DNA of 64,000 bases from Eledone cirrhosa (GCA_964016885.1 OZ024741.1:140988001-141052000); one strand, 5' to 3'; shown: positions 45,107 through 61,097, counted from the stretch's first letter. The notes: generated by a model from the sequence alone, not told the origin. A program made the numbers and translations.

Positions 45107-45617
45107 ATTGTTATACTTTGCAGGGTCCTGCTGCAAATAAATACACATGCACCTGTTGAATTTCACTTCAATTTATCATAAACTCTTAGTCGGTCAGTTT
45201 AATAACCGGATGGTTGTTTAGCTGTTGATTGTCAAAGCTCTTTCGTCACACATTGTCTGTGAGTTCCTCGGTGACTACTTTTGTTGTTATTTTGTGAACT
45301 CACAAAAACAATTGGTATATGACAGAACAAATATGAGTCACAAAATAACAATAGTAGTCACCGAGTTAGTCACAAAATGTGTGACGAAAGACCTTTGACA
45401 CCAACAACAACTAAACAACAACTAAACCAATCAACAACTAAACAACCATCCAGTTATCAAACTAAACAACTGGGAGTGTTTATAATAAATTGAAGTGAAA
45501 TTCAACATTGCGTGTAATTTTACTGGTAGTATGACCCTCCCAAAACAAAAGTATCAGTTTTAACACACGTTTTCAGATAAGAAATATTACGAAATAAATA
45601 ATTACAAAAAGGAAGTA
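45107..45617 (+). mobile_element. Older, diverged relative of the 34218-35220 fold-back
   Basis: Same left end ttgttatactttg.agggtc, tgtgtgacGAAA motif on both arms, similar tail aacacacg.tttcagataa. Confidence 0.7.
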
Positions 45618-45781
45618 TATATATATATATATATAATTGGAGGCTTAGTAAAATAGAATCTTTGGCGATGTGCAAGCAAATTCGACCTACTATATGAATG
45701 AGTTAGCAAAGCACTCGACAAGGTAGGTCCTTAGAGTAATAACATACGTTTAAATAGCTTGACAAATATATATATATATAT

Positions 45782-46290
45782 ATTAGTAAAAAGGAAAAGA
45801 AAATGCTGGCAAATTTTTCCCAGTGAAAAATAGTTTAATTAGGAATAAGTACAAATTAGTAATAAGTATTAGTTAGTATTCTGTTTTAGTTTTAAGTTTT
45901 TACCGGTTGCGCACTTCTTATAGTTTTCAAAAATAATTTTGAGATAGAGTGTTCGTGATTTTTGGTCGAGTCCGATTAGAGCAAAAATCACGAGCACTCT
46001 ATCTCAAAATTATTTTTGAAAATTGGTGGCTTGGCAGTATCGGTAGAGGGTCGGATGCCATGCTTTCCAGCATAGTTACGTCCCTTTGCGGTCTGAGTTC
46101 AAATCCCGCCGAGGTTGACTTTGCCTTTCATCCTTACGGGGTCGATAAAACAAAGTACCAGGAATACACTGGGTTATTGCTGGCCTTGTGCCTAAAGTAG
46201 AAACAATTACTAATTTATACTTATTCCTAACTAAATTATTTTTCACTAGGAAAAATTTGTCACCATTTTCTTTTCCTTTTTAGTAATATA
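45782..46290. repeat. Nested inverted repeats with a SINE A (46024-46208, +) inside
   Basis: Outer arms 45782-45862 and 46207-46290. Inner hairpin 45923-46022. Confidence 0.7.
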
Positions 46291-46357
46291 TCACAACTCG
46301 TGTGTCACACCTCTATTTTTTTTAAATATATATATATAGATATATATATATATATAT

Positions 46358-46990
46358 TCGAAGAATAATGAGAACTCAACGCAAGGAAGCTGTTAAAATC
46401 TCAAAGTGCCATCAGTGACAGCGTGGGGTAAAATTTACTTCAAAGGATAGATAGAAATCAGCGGCTAGAAGTGTGTTGGTCCACATAAGTGCTATAGGGA
46501 AGAGAGGAGAAAAGGAAGAAAATAGTCGAGAGAAGACAACACAAACATTTATATACACTCGTCAGCTTTTAGACTGGCTGTGGTTTCACACAATTTTAAA
46601 TAGTCAGCTCGTGCCACAGAAAAATATATATTTGTGTTGGTATGATTTTTGTGTGAGAAACGAACCGATTAGATAAACAGACAGACTGGTCAGAGAGAGA
46701 GAGAAATAAAACTTTTCCACTCTGCACCAGTGTTGTTTTTAGAAAAGGCAACAAAAATGGCACTGGCTGCAGAGGTGGTAGCAAGCGGAAGTGACAAGCA
46801 AGAGCTGTGGGTAAGAGAAGGGAGAAGGAAAAGAAAGGAGAGGGGGGATATGAAAGAATGACAGAAGGGCCAACACCCTACTAGTCGTTGATTTCTATCG
46901 TTTGAGGTGAATTTTAACCGACGCTGTCATTGACGGCATTTTGCCATTTTAACAGCTTCCCTGCGCTGAGTTCTTCTCATTATTCTATGA
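46358..46990. repeat. Diverged inverted repeat of about 90 bp flanking a 450-bp spacer
   Basis: agaataatgagaactcaacgcaaggaagctgttaaaat versus attttaacagcttccctgcgctgagttc..ctcattattct. Confidence 0.65.
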
Positions 46991-49900
46991 ATTCTAAAGC
47001 GCTCGCTCTTCAAACTCGACATTTGAGATAATTATGCTCATATATATTTATTAAAAATAACAGATTAAAGTATAAGCAAAGATTCATATATAGATGCATC
47101 CAGACACGTTACCGTCCACTTCTTTTAGTTTAGTCGTAATGTATCAGAAATTACATTATTCAATCCAGCATTTTTAATGCGGATAGGCCGGGATGTAAGA
47201 AAACATTGTCTAGCATTTTTAGCTGATACATTGACCAATAACGCTCCCACCTCCACTGATTCTCATAATCCCTCTTTATCATTACCTATTATTTCTATTT
47301 TTGCATGTCAAGAAGAAAGAAAATTCATACAGTTGAAAAGGTTTTTGAAATAGTTTCTACATATTAGATTATGCGGCGAATTGGCAGAGTTTTAGGGCAT
47401 CGGATTAAACGTCTTCGTATTTTTTACGGCCGTCTACACACCAAATTTTAATCCCACCAATGTCAAATTTTCATTTCATCCGATCATGATCGATAAATAA
47501 AGTAACTGTCCAGATGTGTTGGAATCGGCCGGGATGCTTTGCGATATCTTACCAAGCTCTGAGCATTCTGAGTTGCTTTTCATTCTGTCGAGATAGATAA
47601 ATTGCTGATCCACTATTGAGCTCGGTTCTTTTCCTCTCTCTCTGATAGAAAAGTACCAGTTGCGTCCAGATCCCGATGGAAAAAGACTCGACCAGGTTTT
47701 TAAAAGCACCGGGGACACAAAGCTGCTTCGACTTTATTAGGTATGCTCAATCAATCTATTTTAGATATTTCCCAATCGCCATCTTCAGATATTTTCATCC
47801 CATGAGATATCTTATACATATATTAGATATATAGGAATATATTTAACATTGAGCACATGAATCCTGCATTTAATATTATCTAGATGTTATATATATAAGA
47901 TCGTCATCTACACAAAAATTGACTAATTTTATATAGTCATACATGCACGTATATATATATATCTATATATAAGCAAAACCTTCGGAATGTCAGAAAGGTT
48001 TGCCGGAGATGATCATGAAATGTAACCATATATCTCACTCCTATTTACATACACTGAACCTACCCTATTCTGCTACGTAATGAGCCATGAGGCGCTAGCC
48101 CTCTCAATATATCTGATTATTCTCATTGTATTGCACTGGTCCATATATTGTCGCATGGGATTGTTGATTGCTGTACGTCACGTTTCCATACGTGTCCCAT
48201 CACTTCACCCTCTTAGCCTGACACATCCATCATTTGTCCGATCAATAAACATCACACTGATCGATTCACCAACTAGGGTCTAATTTAATTGTTTCATTGA
48301 GGCAGAGGTATTTCCCTTTATGTATTGCCCATTCTGAAGCAAATTCTCCAAACAAAGAGTCACATAGTTTTATGTCAGACCGCTGCCATGTTTGCTTCTC
48401 TCACTGTAAATATTCATGATCAAAATTTTATGCAGAACCAGCATAGGCAAAACTAATTCCAAAACAGTTTGATATTTACGCTCTGCAAAATCTGTTTTTC
48501 AGTGTTCTCTTTATTTTGTTGCTGTTGGTTTTGAAGTTGTTTGACTTTTGTCTACCGATATTTAAGTGAAGACTGTCGTCACATTGTGTCACAGAGATAA
48601 TAAAGTACCGTTTTCGGGTGTAGCTGGGGATTCTTTCCTGTGTTATTAGATTTCTGTTTCTGTTTTGGTTTGTTTTTCTATATCTTTCACAAATATTTGG
48701 AGTGGTTTTTATTATTTAGCTTTGCTTTTCATCCTTACGGGGTTGATACATAAAGTACCAATAATGCAATGAGATTAATTTTATCGATTTTCCCTTCTCC
48801 CAAAATTACTGACCTTGTGCCTATAGTAGAAGCAATTATTTAGTTTCGTGCTACCACCTATGAGAACTGCACCTTTTCTCGTTATTCCAATACAAAATAC
48901 CATGAAGTAATACGTGTAAAAGGAAAAAATATTGAAACAAAATTGTGCCAAAAAGTCATTTTCCACAGGGAAAAAATTAAAAAGTGTCTTCTCATGTTTT
49001 TAGCATTAATTCTTCTTGATATGAGGCAACTCTAATCAACCATATTGAATCACTAAAATATGTCATCCAAAACTGGACTACACGTAAAAGCGGTATATTA
49101 CAAAAATTCAACAACCGCAACAATAATAATGTGTTGTTGTTTTTTTAATTTAGCCACAAATGCAGCACTTGGTGGGATGTGTCAACTATATCTACTCCAG
49201 TACACGGTCGGTACTTTATCTTCTCTACTCCGGAAGAATAAAAAGTAAAGTAGATCGTTGTTGGAGCTGAATTCAGAATGAAAAAAGCTGAAGCAAATAT
49301 CACAAAATATTTTATCAGACACTCTAAACACTCTGCTAATCTACCGCCTCGGTCAAGTTTGTAACAGTGCAAAGTTTAGTTTTTTATGTTATTGAAAAAC
49401 AAAGACAGAAAGAAAGAAGCGGACGGAATTACTACCTGGATTCAGTTACACGCATACATAACATATAATTATGGTTATCAAGTTCCAACAGGTTGTGGCT
49501 TGATATTTCTTTTGATGTAACCTCTATACAATTAATAATAAAGAGTAATTCTAGCGTTCCGTTATCCATCTAATTGTGCTGAAATAAAATTATTTTGTTT
49601 AATAAGTAAGCTAATACATTGGATGGCAGGGTTTAAAGGCACCCTGCGGCAGTGGAAAAAGTTGAGCCTAGTTTCCAGTTGGAAATGTCCTCAATTCGTT
49701 TTAGATTTTATGAATCACATGTACCTACCCCTTGTATATGTATATGTGACTTGGAAGTGCATCCAGTTGCCATACAGGAAGGCCAGCGATGCTTGCTACA
49801 TCAGCCATTCCTTAGATGTGATGCTATCCTCCCAATGTGACTGAGGGAAATGGCAGCCCTGGGACAGAGCACACCGGTAGTCTCAATGACGTACGACACA

Positions 49901-50600
49901 GAAAGCAATCGATCGATCAATGCCTGGTATTTGGTTGTCATCCCCTGCTCTATTTTGCGGAAGCAAGCTTCACTATATACAGCCGTGGGTAGAACTTAAT
50001 ATGCCACTCGTAATTTGCATAAAAGAGTAAGCGTTATAACGTAAATAATTAATCGAATGTGAGTATTACAGCACATCACAGTATACAAGCACATGTTTTT
50101 AGTAAAAACGTTTTAACTTCGTTATGAAAAGTACAGAGGAGGAAAAATGTGGTCTAATAACAGTGTGTCTATATGAAACATACATGTTCAAACAGTCATA
50201 TATATATATATGCATGTATTTAATCCACGTTTTACAGCACTGCATAATAAAATAACATTTCGATAAAGATTTTCACAAACACCACAACAGTGCAATTCCG
50301 TGCTAATGTGTTAAAAACAAGCGTTCGTAATAAACATGAGAAATCATACTTTACAGTGAATTCACCATGTTAAAAACAACAAGAAAATAAACATTAGTTA
50401 TTAACAATAAATTGGGGGGGCTTATTTATTTATTCATTTATATATTTATTGCAAACATTTGAGTATGAGCCAAAAATATTACAATTGCAGCATCTAACTT
50501 GCCCTGTAACAACCTGTGAAGAGATTAGAATGAAATATTGCCAGGCATACTAACAACTACACACGTACACATACACAGATCCACTACTGTGTGTACATCT

Positions 50601-50686
<86 letters not shown>

Positions 50687-50706
50687 ATATATATACATAC
50701 ATATAT

Positions 50707-52152
<1,446 letters not shown>

Positions 52153-52176
<24 letters not shown>

Positions 52177-52787
52177 TGGCTGCCAACTCGTTTTCGAGTA
52201 CGGCCACTACTTTATATCCATGTAGGAGAACTCCTACCGATGCGCTGAACGAGTCTGACTTTTTAGTCCAGCAAGCGACTTGAAAACTCTGGTACAAACA
52301 CTACACTTGGGACAAATATTGACACATAGTGCTGGGCTCATGGTACCATGTGACGACAAGTGCAGAGAGATCTCCAGATATAAAGCAATGCTTGTACCGT
52401 GAAGCTTTTATAGTGATCAAAGGCACTGCGCAAAACCAGTCCCACTCTCTTACCCAAGATGATATTAACCAAAAAGAAGAACAAGACAACATCATTGGAT
52501 ACCATCAGAGTTGCAGGTGTTATATCAGAGTTTTCTTCTCCTAGAATTCTGCCTTGACAAAGGCTAAGGGGTCATCTCTCCCGGTGATTTTGGATGGCCG
52601 TTGACTCTTAAGAGCTCCTTTGCCCTTTGACAGGTTTTGTTTTTAGTCCTGCAGGATGTGCAAAGTCACCCTCTTCACCAAGAAACCTTGGGGGGGGGGG
52701 GTTGCCACTTTAGTTGCCAACGACCCGACCATGAGACAGATTGTACTGGGATACATGTTACCAGTAGCACCAACTGGTGACCTGACA
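52153..52787 (-). mobile_element. Non-autonomous RTE-derived element, full copy
   Basis: Matches 29602-30211 end to end. Confidence 0.8.
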
Positions 52788-52811
52788 TATATATACATAT
52801 ATACACACACA

Positions 52812-52849
<38 letters not shown>

Positions 52850-53699
52850 TAGATAGATATATATTAGAGTGGGGACATAGACGTTTCTGTGTACTTATTA
52901 GTGAGTCTGGCAATGTTTCATTCGAAACTCTTCGCAGCTTGTTACAGGACATGTTATATATATATATATTAGTGTGTGTCTTTGTGTGGATATATATAAA
53001 TCGCGCGCGCGTGTGTGTGTGTAATAGAAAAAGTTTCAGAAAACGAACTGGAACAGACATTAATATAAGGAACTAGTGTAGAATACATGGAGTAAGATGT
53101 TAAAACTATTAACACTCTTGTATCACAGTAAACACTAGAAGCAAAAGTGGACGTTATTGATTCGAATTTATCAAGAAAATAAAATAACTTTGTTTGATTG
53201 TATGTTCGTGATAATTGCTGCTTATATTCCATTGAGAGGCGAACTTGAAAATTTAACAACTTCTGAATATGGAAATATATTCTGAAAATTTTGGACAGTT
53301 ATGGAAAACACGTTATAATATAATTTTCGAACTGATTACATGTGGTGATGAAACAGTATATTGATGGTTCTATTCCACAGCTTAAATCACACAAACAACA
53401 GTTTTGCAAGTTCATCAAAAATATGCATTTAATTGATTGTTTCGGGAGTGTAAAGTAGAAATATAAGAGTGAAAACTGTAGTCGAGTAAAGTAAGAAAAA
53501 TTCAAAAGTACAATTTACAAGTTTATCTTACATTTGATTATATTTCAAAACAATAGAAAATAATGTAGTTTTGGCGACGAGCGGGGCTCCGTCGCTTTAT
53601 ATAAACTACATTGCTATATTGTGCAAGTTATACATTAAGTTACAGCAAAATATCTTTATAATTGTGGGACCGAAACATATATTATTATAACACTTAAAA

Positions 53700-54088
53700 G
53701 CGGTCGATTGGCAGTATCCGTAGAGAGTCGGACGCCATGCTTCCCAGCATTAGTACGTCCCTTTACGGTCTGAGCTCAAATCCCGCCGAGGTTCACTTTG
53801 CCTTTCATCCTTACGAGGTCGATAAAACAAAGTACCAGTAATGTACTGGGTAATTGCTGCCCTTGTACCCCAAAACTAGAAACAATTATAACACTTAAGA
53901 GGGCGATAGATTGGCAGTATCGGTAGAGGGTCGGATGCCATGCTTTGCAGCACAGTTACGTCCCTTTACGGATTGAGTTCAAATCCTGCCGAGGTTAACT
54001 TTGCCTTTCATCCTTACGGGGTCGATAAAATAAAGTACCAGTAATACACTGGGATAATTGTTGGCCTTGTGCCAAAAGTAGAAACAAT
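53700..54088 (+). mobile_element. Two tandem SINE family A copies
   Basis: Each followed by attataacacttaa, which is also present upstream. Confidence 0.85.
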
Positions 54089-55467
54089 TATAACACTTAA
54101 TCAAAATAATGAAACGTTAGGAATCATATGAAACGCGAAAACAATTGTTAGACTAACGTAGGTTGTATAGAAAACAAAAACATCTAAGGAAGGGCAATAA
54201 ATTGGTGCTAAAGGGAGAAAGGTACACTGTTTTAAGATCTGGAATTAATCGGAGAGCGATGCTGTGTAAAACAATCGTTAACATCTGGAGAGTGGATAGA
54301 AAAGTAGACATAACCGAATAACTAATTTATTAAGAGATTGGTGGGTAAAGATTTCATATAAAGAATAAATAAATGTATGAAGGCATCATTATGAAATACA
54401 TACATATAATGCAAGTGTACGTTGCAATAACGTATAAATAGCATATCATTCCACTGAAACGTGTCGTTAACGTATTTCTCGAGGAGATTCAGCCTGACAC
54501 AGTATCTGGTAAAACTAGTTCTTTGAATTTGACACAGCACAATTTCTTCAAGCTAAGTAGTCTGAAGCAAAATTAAATACACTACCATGCATAAAATACT
54601 CAATGTGCCGCCAGGAATCCAACTTACGATTTTACAATCGCGAGTTGAATACATTAACATACGCCATGTGTCTATATACACACAAAAATACACAACCTTA
54701 TTTTCACAGGTGCACATGAATTGAATTTACCCTTTAGTTGCAGAAATAGGATAAAAACTAGAAACGATTAATGGTGATTCTCAATGATAATGGAGGATAA
54801 TTTCAAGAAATTAAGCTTTAATCTCTAAACATTGGTTAACATGCTTATTAAAATATCTTTATGTTTACAGTTAAGATGTAATCATTGGTGGACTGGGCGA
54901 AGGGCCACTGGGATGGGTAAAAAAAAAATGAAAACCCTCACATAACAAAACTCAGTCCATAACTGCTGCACAAATGGAACGTGGCTTACATGTACATGTC
55001 CCTGGCCCTCAGTAATCAGTTAGGCAGTATCACCAGAATACCCAAACCAGTTTTAAGATTCAGCACGCTTCTGGATGCAACAATTGATATGTTTTTGTTA
55101 TTTGTTCAAAACACTATAGTATAGTCTGCTTATGTCTACTTGATATGTTCACAAATATTGCATATTTTTGTCAGCACAATTGTATGAATAAGGGATATCA
55201 AATGAAGGAAATAACCGAAATGAACAAATGATAAACGTTTGGAAAACAAATTCAACGGCGTTTTAAACAACATTTTACGTATTGTAAAGCAGTAAATAAA
55301 TAGATATGTTTGTTATTTTCTCAAATAAGGTTTGCACTTCATAATTGTGGGGTCGATGAAATAAAATACCAGTAACGTATTGAGATCGATTTAGTCAACT
55401 TTCCCTTCGCCTTCAAATTGGTGACCTTGTGCCAAAAGTAGATACAAATAATAATTTGGTGCCTTAA

Positions 55468-55756
<289 letters not shown>

Positions 55757-55795
55757 TTTTCATAAGCAAGTTAATGAATGTTTAGAGATTAAAGC

Positions 55796-55831
<36 letters not shown>

Positions 55832-56146
55832 TTTTACTCTTGATTGGCCAGAGGTATTTATTTCCAGGTACCTTACAAATATGACTTTCCGTATTTATTA
55901 CTGTTGTGCGATATGATGGTTTTTTGGTTGTCACTTCTCTGTTTTTAGCCTAAGAAAATATATATATGACTGTGTAAATAATTACATGCATACTTTTATT
56001 TTTTATAATTAATTGAGTTCTTAACACGTGGAATTGATATTAGTTTTGAAATAACTAATTAACCCGCGTATATTTAATATTTTACTCTTAATTCACTTCT
56101 ACAATATGTACTATATGTACTAAGCTGTGGCTCGAGGTTGTGTCCA

Positions 56147-57211
56147 AGGGGGTTTGTTTCTTCCTCCCTTTTAAAATGTTTCTGAAATGAGTGAAGCAAG
56201 GGTCGTTAAACAGTGCCGACGCACGACTTGTTCCAACTTTTTCTGGATGATTTTTGTCAATAAAATCATTAAGTTTCTCCCAAATTCCCAACATTTCCTT
56301 AATTTCACTTAAAGGGATTACTACCTCCTCTCACTCTGGCCCCTCATTAATTTCCTGTTAAATCTCTGTATGCTGCTGGTCCTTTAATTCCTCCGTTGTC
56401 AATTCCTCATTGTGCTCTTCGACGAGGTCGTTGACGTCTCCTTTGTCCACTTTCAGGCCCATGGACACAACCTCGAGCCACAGCTTAGTACATATAGTAC
56501 ATATTGTAGAAGTACTACGATCGTACTCCTTTGCCAAATCAATAACACGCGCACCACGCTCATATTTTTCTACGATTTCGTGCTTAATATCCATAGACAT
56601 CATCCTTTTCTTTTTCTCGCCAGTGCTCTTGGCACTCACTTTTTTAGGACTCATGGTTGAAACTAAGATTTTTATCGAAATAAACCAAAATCAACTAAAA
56701 TCACAACAGTAACACAACAGAGATGCTCGCGCGCAGAGGTTACCACGTGGACTGACCGCTCTCAGGGGGTTACTGAATTAATTTCGCCACCGAATTAATT
56801 TCGCCCGGTGAACCCCAACGAAAGTTACTCCCGTCGTTTATATCCGTAAAGTGACTAAAACAAATGTAATATATTTACGGTTATGGTTATGGTTAGGGTT
56901 AGGGTTATTTTTTAGGGTTATGGTTAGGGTTAGGTTTAGGGTTAATTCAACCCTAACCCCAACCCTAACCCTACCCGTAAATATATTACATTTGTTTTAA
57001 TCTTTAGTCACTTTACGGATATAAACGACGGGAGTAACTTTGGTTGGGGTTCACCGGGCGAAATAAATTCTGCACCCCCTCTCAGGCACCACTTAGCTCG
57101 TAGCTCGTATCTCAAAACTCAGCTCGTGTCACAGGGCAAAGAATTAGCCGAGTGGTGCCTCGTATCTCAAAAAAAACTCGTATGTCGGTTTACTCGTATC
57201 TCAAGGTATCA

Positions 57212-57214
<3 letters not shown>
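56147..57214 (-). mobile_element. Internally deleted Tigger/pogo DNA transposon; DDE domain absent
   Basis: HTH-psq start MSPKK..KHEIVEKYERGARVIDLAKEYDRSTSTICTI joined to C-terminal DVNDLVEEHNEELTTEEL..HFRNILKGRKKQT.LD. TIR-like TA|CACTGATACCTTGAGATACGAG at 57214. Second TIR not found. Confidence 0.85.
56766..57078. mobile_element. Fold-back MITE with internal (TTAGGG)n/(CCCTAA)n, nested in the Tigger 5' region
   Basis: Long TIRs ggggt..gaattaatttcgcccggtgaacccc and ggggttcaccgggcgaaataaattc..acccc. Direct flank ctctcag(g) on both sides. Confidence 0.85.
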
Positions 57215-57265
<51 letters not shown>

Positions 57266-57267
<2 letters not shown>

Positions 57268-57463
57268 CGAAGGAAATGTGGTAAGGAACCAGGTGGACCA
57301 TAACGCACCAAAGTACTCAATACTTGAGGTAGTAGAGTGGGTAATAGGAACCAGTAAGACCCCGACAGCTGAGCCGAAGCCGTTTCGACGGCTAATTCTG
57401 GACTCTAATTCCAGAATTAGCCGTCGAAACGGCTTGAGCTCAGCTGTCGGGGTCTTACCGGTT

Positions 57464-57467
<4 letters not shown>
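57266..57467 (-). mobile_element. Fold-back family X copy
   Basis: Matches family X. Confidence 0.85.
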
Positions 57468-57534
<67 letters not shown>

Positions 57535-57621
57535 GTATATATATATTTATTAAAATAACAGATTAAAGTTTAAGCTAAGAATCGCTTTTACCCTTAACGG
57601 GATCTTCAAATTTATTATTAT

Positions 57622-57678
<57 letters not shown>

Positions 57679-57691
57679 TAGTAATGATAAT

Positions 57692-57881
57692 AATTGTTTC
57701 TACTTTTGGCACAACGCCAGCTATTACCCCAGTGTATTACTGGTACTTTATTTTATCGATCCCGTAAGGATGAAAGGCAAAGTTAACCTCGGCGGGATTT
57801 GAACTCACAATGGCAAGGGCCGTAACTCAATGCGTCAAAGCATGGCGTCCGACACTCTACCGATACTGTCAATGCACCGCC
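57692..57881 (-). mobile_element. SINE family A in (AAT)n
   Basis: Matches family A. Confidence 0.85.
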
Positions 57882-57927
<46 letters not shown>

Positions 57928-58022
57928 GGTGAAGACGAAAATCCGAAGAGGGCTCGATAAGGATTATGAAGATCCCGTTAAGGGTAAATGCAGCGATTCT
58001 TTGGTCAAACTTTAATCTGTTC

Positions 58023-58061
<39 letters not shown>

Positions 58062-58063
<2 letters not shown>

Positions 58064-58250
58064 CGAAGGAAATGTGGTAAGGAACCAGGTGGACCATAAC
58101 GCACCAAAGTACTCAATACTTGGGGTAGTAGAGTGGGTAATAGGAATCAGTAAGACCCCGACGGCTGAGCTCAAGCCGTTTCGACGGCTAATTCAGTCCA
58201 GAATTAGCCGTCGAAACGGCTTGAGCTCAGCCGTCGGGGTCTTACTGGTT

Positions 58251-58254
<4 letters not shown>
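58062..58254 (-). mobile_element. Fold-back family X copy (best preserved)
   Basis: Near-perfect hairpin 58141-58254, in (TA)n. Confidence 0.85.
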
Positions 58255-58346
<92 letters not shown>

Positions 58347-58745
58347 AACACACAATAGGGAGCATATGAAAGTATACAGGCTATGTTTATATATAACAAA
58401 TTTATGGTAACCTCGTAGACAAAGTATGTTTCGTAAAATATGAAATTTTCTCAGCGAAAATTTTACAGAATTGTGACAGTAATTGTTCCGAATGCTAGAT
58501 ACCATTGTTTCAAGATTCTTTAACATATAGATTTTGAGAATTGAGCTGGTGATGCTGATATGTATAGAGTACGAACATAGCTGGTTATACATATTTGGCA
58601 GTAACACTAAGACAGTGTTTATGCAAGTGAATATTTCTAAATGACACTTACTGTTCGCTCTATGCAAATGAGCCTCTCAAGCAAATGTTCATCACGCAAG
58701 TTGGTAATTGTTATTTAGTATATTGATTATAATTCTTCTTACCAA

Positions 58746-58838
58746 TACTGTATATATAGCTATATATAGCAACTATACTGTATATATATAGCTATAGATA
58801 GCAACTATCCTGTCTATATATCTATAAATAGCAACTAT
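58746..58838. repeat. Minisatellite, three units of about 30-32 bp
   Basis: tactgtatatatagctatatatagcaacta repeated. Confidence 0.8.
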
Positions 58839-59123
58839 AAAGATGTTTAGATATCCTAAATATTATCCAATCTACCGTATTCTGAATCATCGATATATAT
58901 TGATCTATCGATACAAAATGGCAATTAATGAAATAATATTAAATATCACAAACATCAAAAGAGTGTCAAAAAATTACTTCTAAACGTGATTTCTTATAAT
59001 AACTTCTTTTCTCCATCAAGGTTGCTGTACACAAACGTTATATATACAATATATATATATATACAATGTGTGTATGTATATATACATATGTAAGAATATT
59101 TTCGAATCAGCGAGCGAGTTTGA

Positions 59124-59361
<238 letters not shown>

Positions 59362-59440
59362 GTTGTAATAAAAGTTTAATTCTGTAGAAGACTGGAAAAA
59401 CTACCTACACCAGCGTATGATCCAAAATGATGGCATGATC

Positions 59441-59518
59441 TGGGTGGATGCGATCATATAGTTACTTCAAAGATGGCGGGCGGTAGTGAAATAAAACGGA
59501 AAATATGTGGTTGAATAA
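59441..59518 (+). pseudogene. Mariner transposase C-terminal remnant
   Basis: Translates WVDAII*LLQRWRAVVK*NGKYVVE*, resembling the mariner GI.KL..RW..VV..NG.Y ending. Confidence 0.6.
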
Positions 59519-59669
59519 AGATAAATACAACTATTTAAATATTGGTAAATGAAATTCACTTATAAAACGCCATATATATATGCGTGTGTGTGTGTGTGTA
59601 TGTGTATGTGTGTGTGTGTGTGTGAGTGTGTGTGTGTATGTGTGTGTGTGTGTGTAAAGATATATATGC

Positions 59670-59928
59670 AAGGGAACAAAGAATCTGTGATGCATCATAT
59701 ACATATTTAATTACATATTACATGTCTCACTGCCGCTCTGCTCGAAGAAAGATCAATTAATGATCGATCATGACACTGGAATCGGATGCTCCTCAGAGCT
59801 GGTCGGCAGTGAAACATATGTAATATCTAATTAAATGTGTATATAAGGCAACACTCATTCTTTGTTCCCTTATATATTATTATTGATACTCTGCTCCCTA
59901 CGAGCATCGAGTGCCCATCTAATAGCTA
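59670..59928 (+). mobile_element. Diverged fold-back element with HHR-like remnant
   Basis: Arms aagggaacaaagaat and attctttgttccctt. ctg gtcgg cag t-GAAA-catatg-TA then ATTAAA. CUGANGA is decayed. Confidence 0.55.
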
Positions 59929-60020
59929 TATATATATATATATATTATTATGCTTTGGGAGGGTCATGTTGCCAATAAGAAATTGAGAAACGAAATATAT
60001 ATATATATACATATATATAC

Positions 60021-60219
<199 letters not shown>

Positions 60220-60221
60220 AT

Positions 60222-60274
<53 letters not shown>

Positions 60275-61065
60275 ATATATGGTAGAATATAGTGTATGTA
60301 TATCCTGCGGGTATGTTCAATCAAACCGTATCGACCGTTGTTTTCCATTCATTCTACCATTAAAAATATGAAGTGTTGAGTTAAGTAATAGTCTTTGATT
60401 ATTATCGTATTATCCCCATATTCGTATGCATATATGAAATTTGAAAACATAGTCGCCACAATACACAAAATATTATAATAGTTCAAGTAAAGTTCTTCTG
60501 GAGACAGAAAATGTGGAAGGAGACGCCTATATGATGTATATATGTGGACATGTGTTCATATATGTATATATGTATAAGTGAATATACATGAAGCAATCGT
60601 AAGTATTGCTAATGCATCATCTTGCTCATATACACATATGCACTCACTTATATGAGAAATATATACATAAAATATTTGCGTCGTCACTTGTAACCTGTTA
60701 CAATAGATAATGTCTAGGATTATTCACCAGTTGTTTATTTAACCATTTTACACGTGGCCATTTAGATAGGCATGATAGTAAATGGCTTTAACAAATATTT
60801 CATGAGATGACTGAGATAAGCACCAATCACCCGATATATGTTAGATATCAATCATTTACCTGATGTTATAGATAAAGTGATGACATCGGTCGATGTACGC
60901 TATTTTACGACTGTTACTTATTTCGAAACAATGTATACTATGCTGCATCGAAGAATTTGAAAAATATATACATTATTATAATCACTGTTACTTGTCGAGC
61001 ATCCATTTTATGTTGAAAGCTTTAAAACCTTCTCTCTCCCTCTATATATATACATATGTATACAG

Positions 61066-61097
<32 letters not shown>

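Noticed and set aside
49620-49920. GC-richer stretch as a host coding exon
   Set aside because: Only short ORFs, no recognisable domain and no convincing splice pair.
56880-56975. Telomere-telomere fusion site
   Set aside because: The repeats are short, lie inside long TIRs with a target duplication and interrupt a Tigger, so a mobile element explains them better.
57266-57467. Recurrent peptide [28 protein letters not shown] as a gene family
   Set aside because: It is a translation of repeat family X; the frame breaks in several copies and start codons come from microsatellites.
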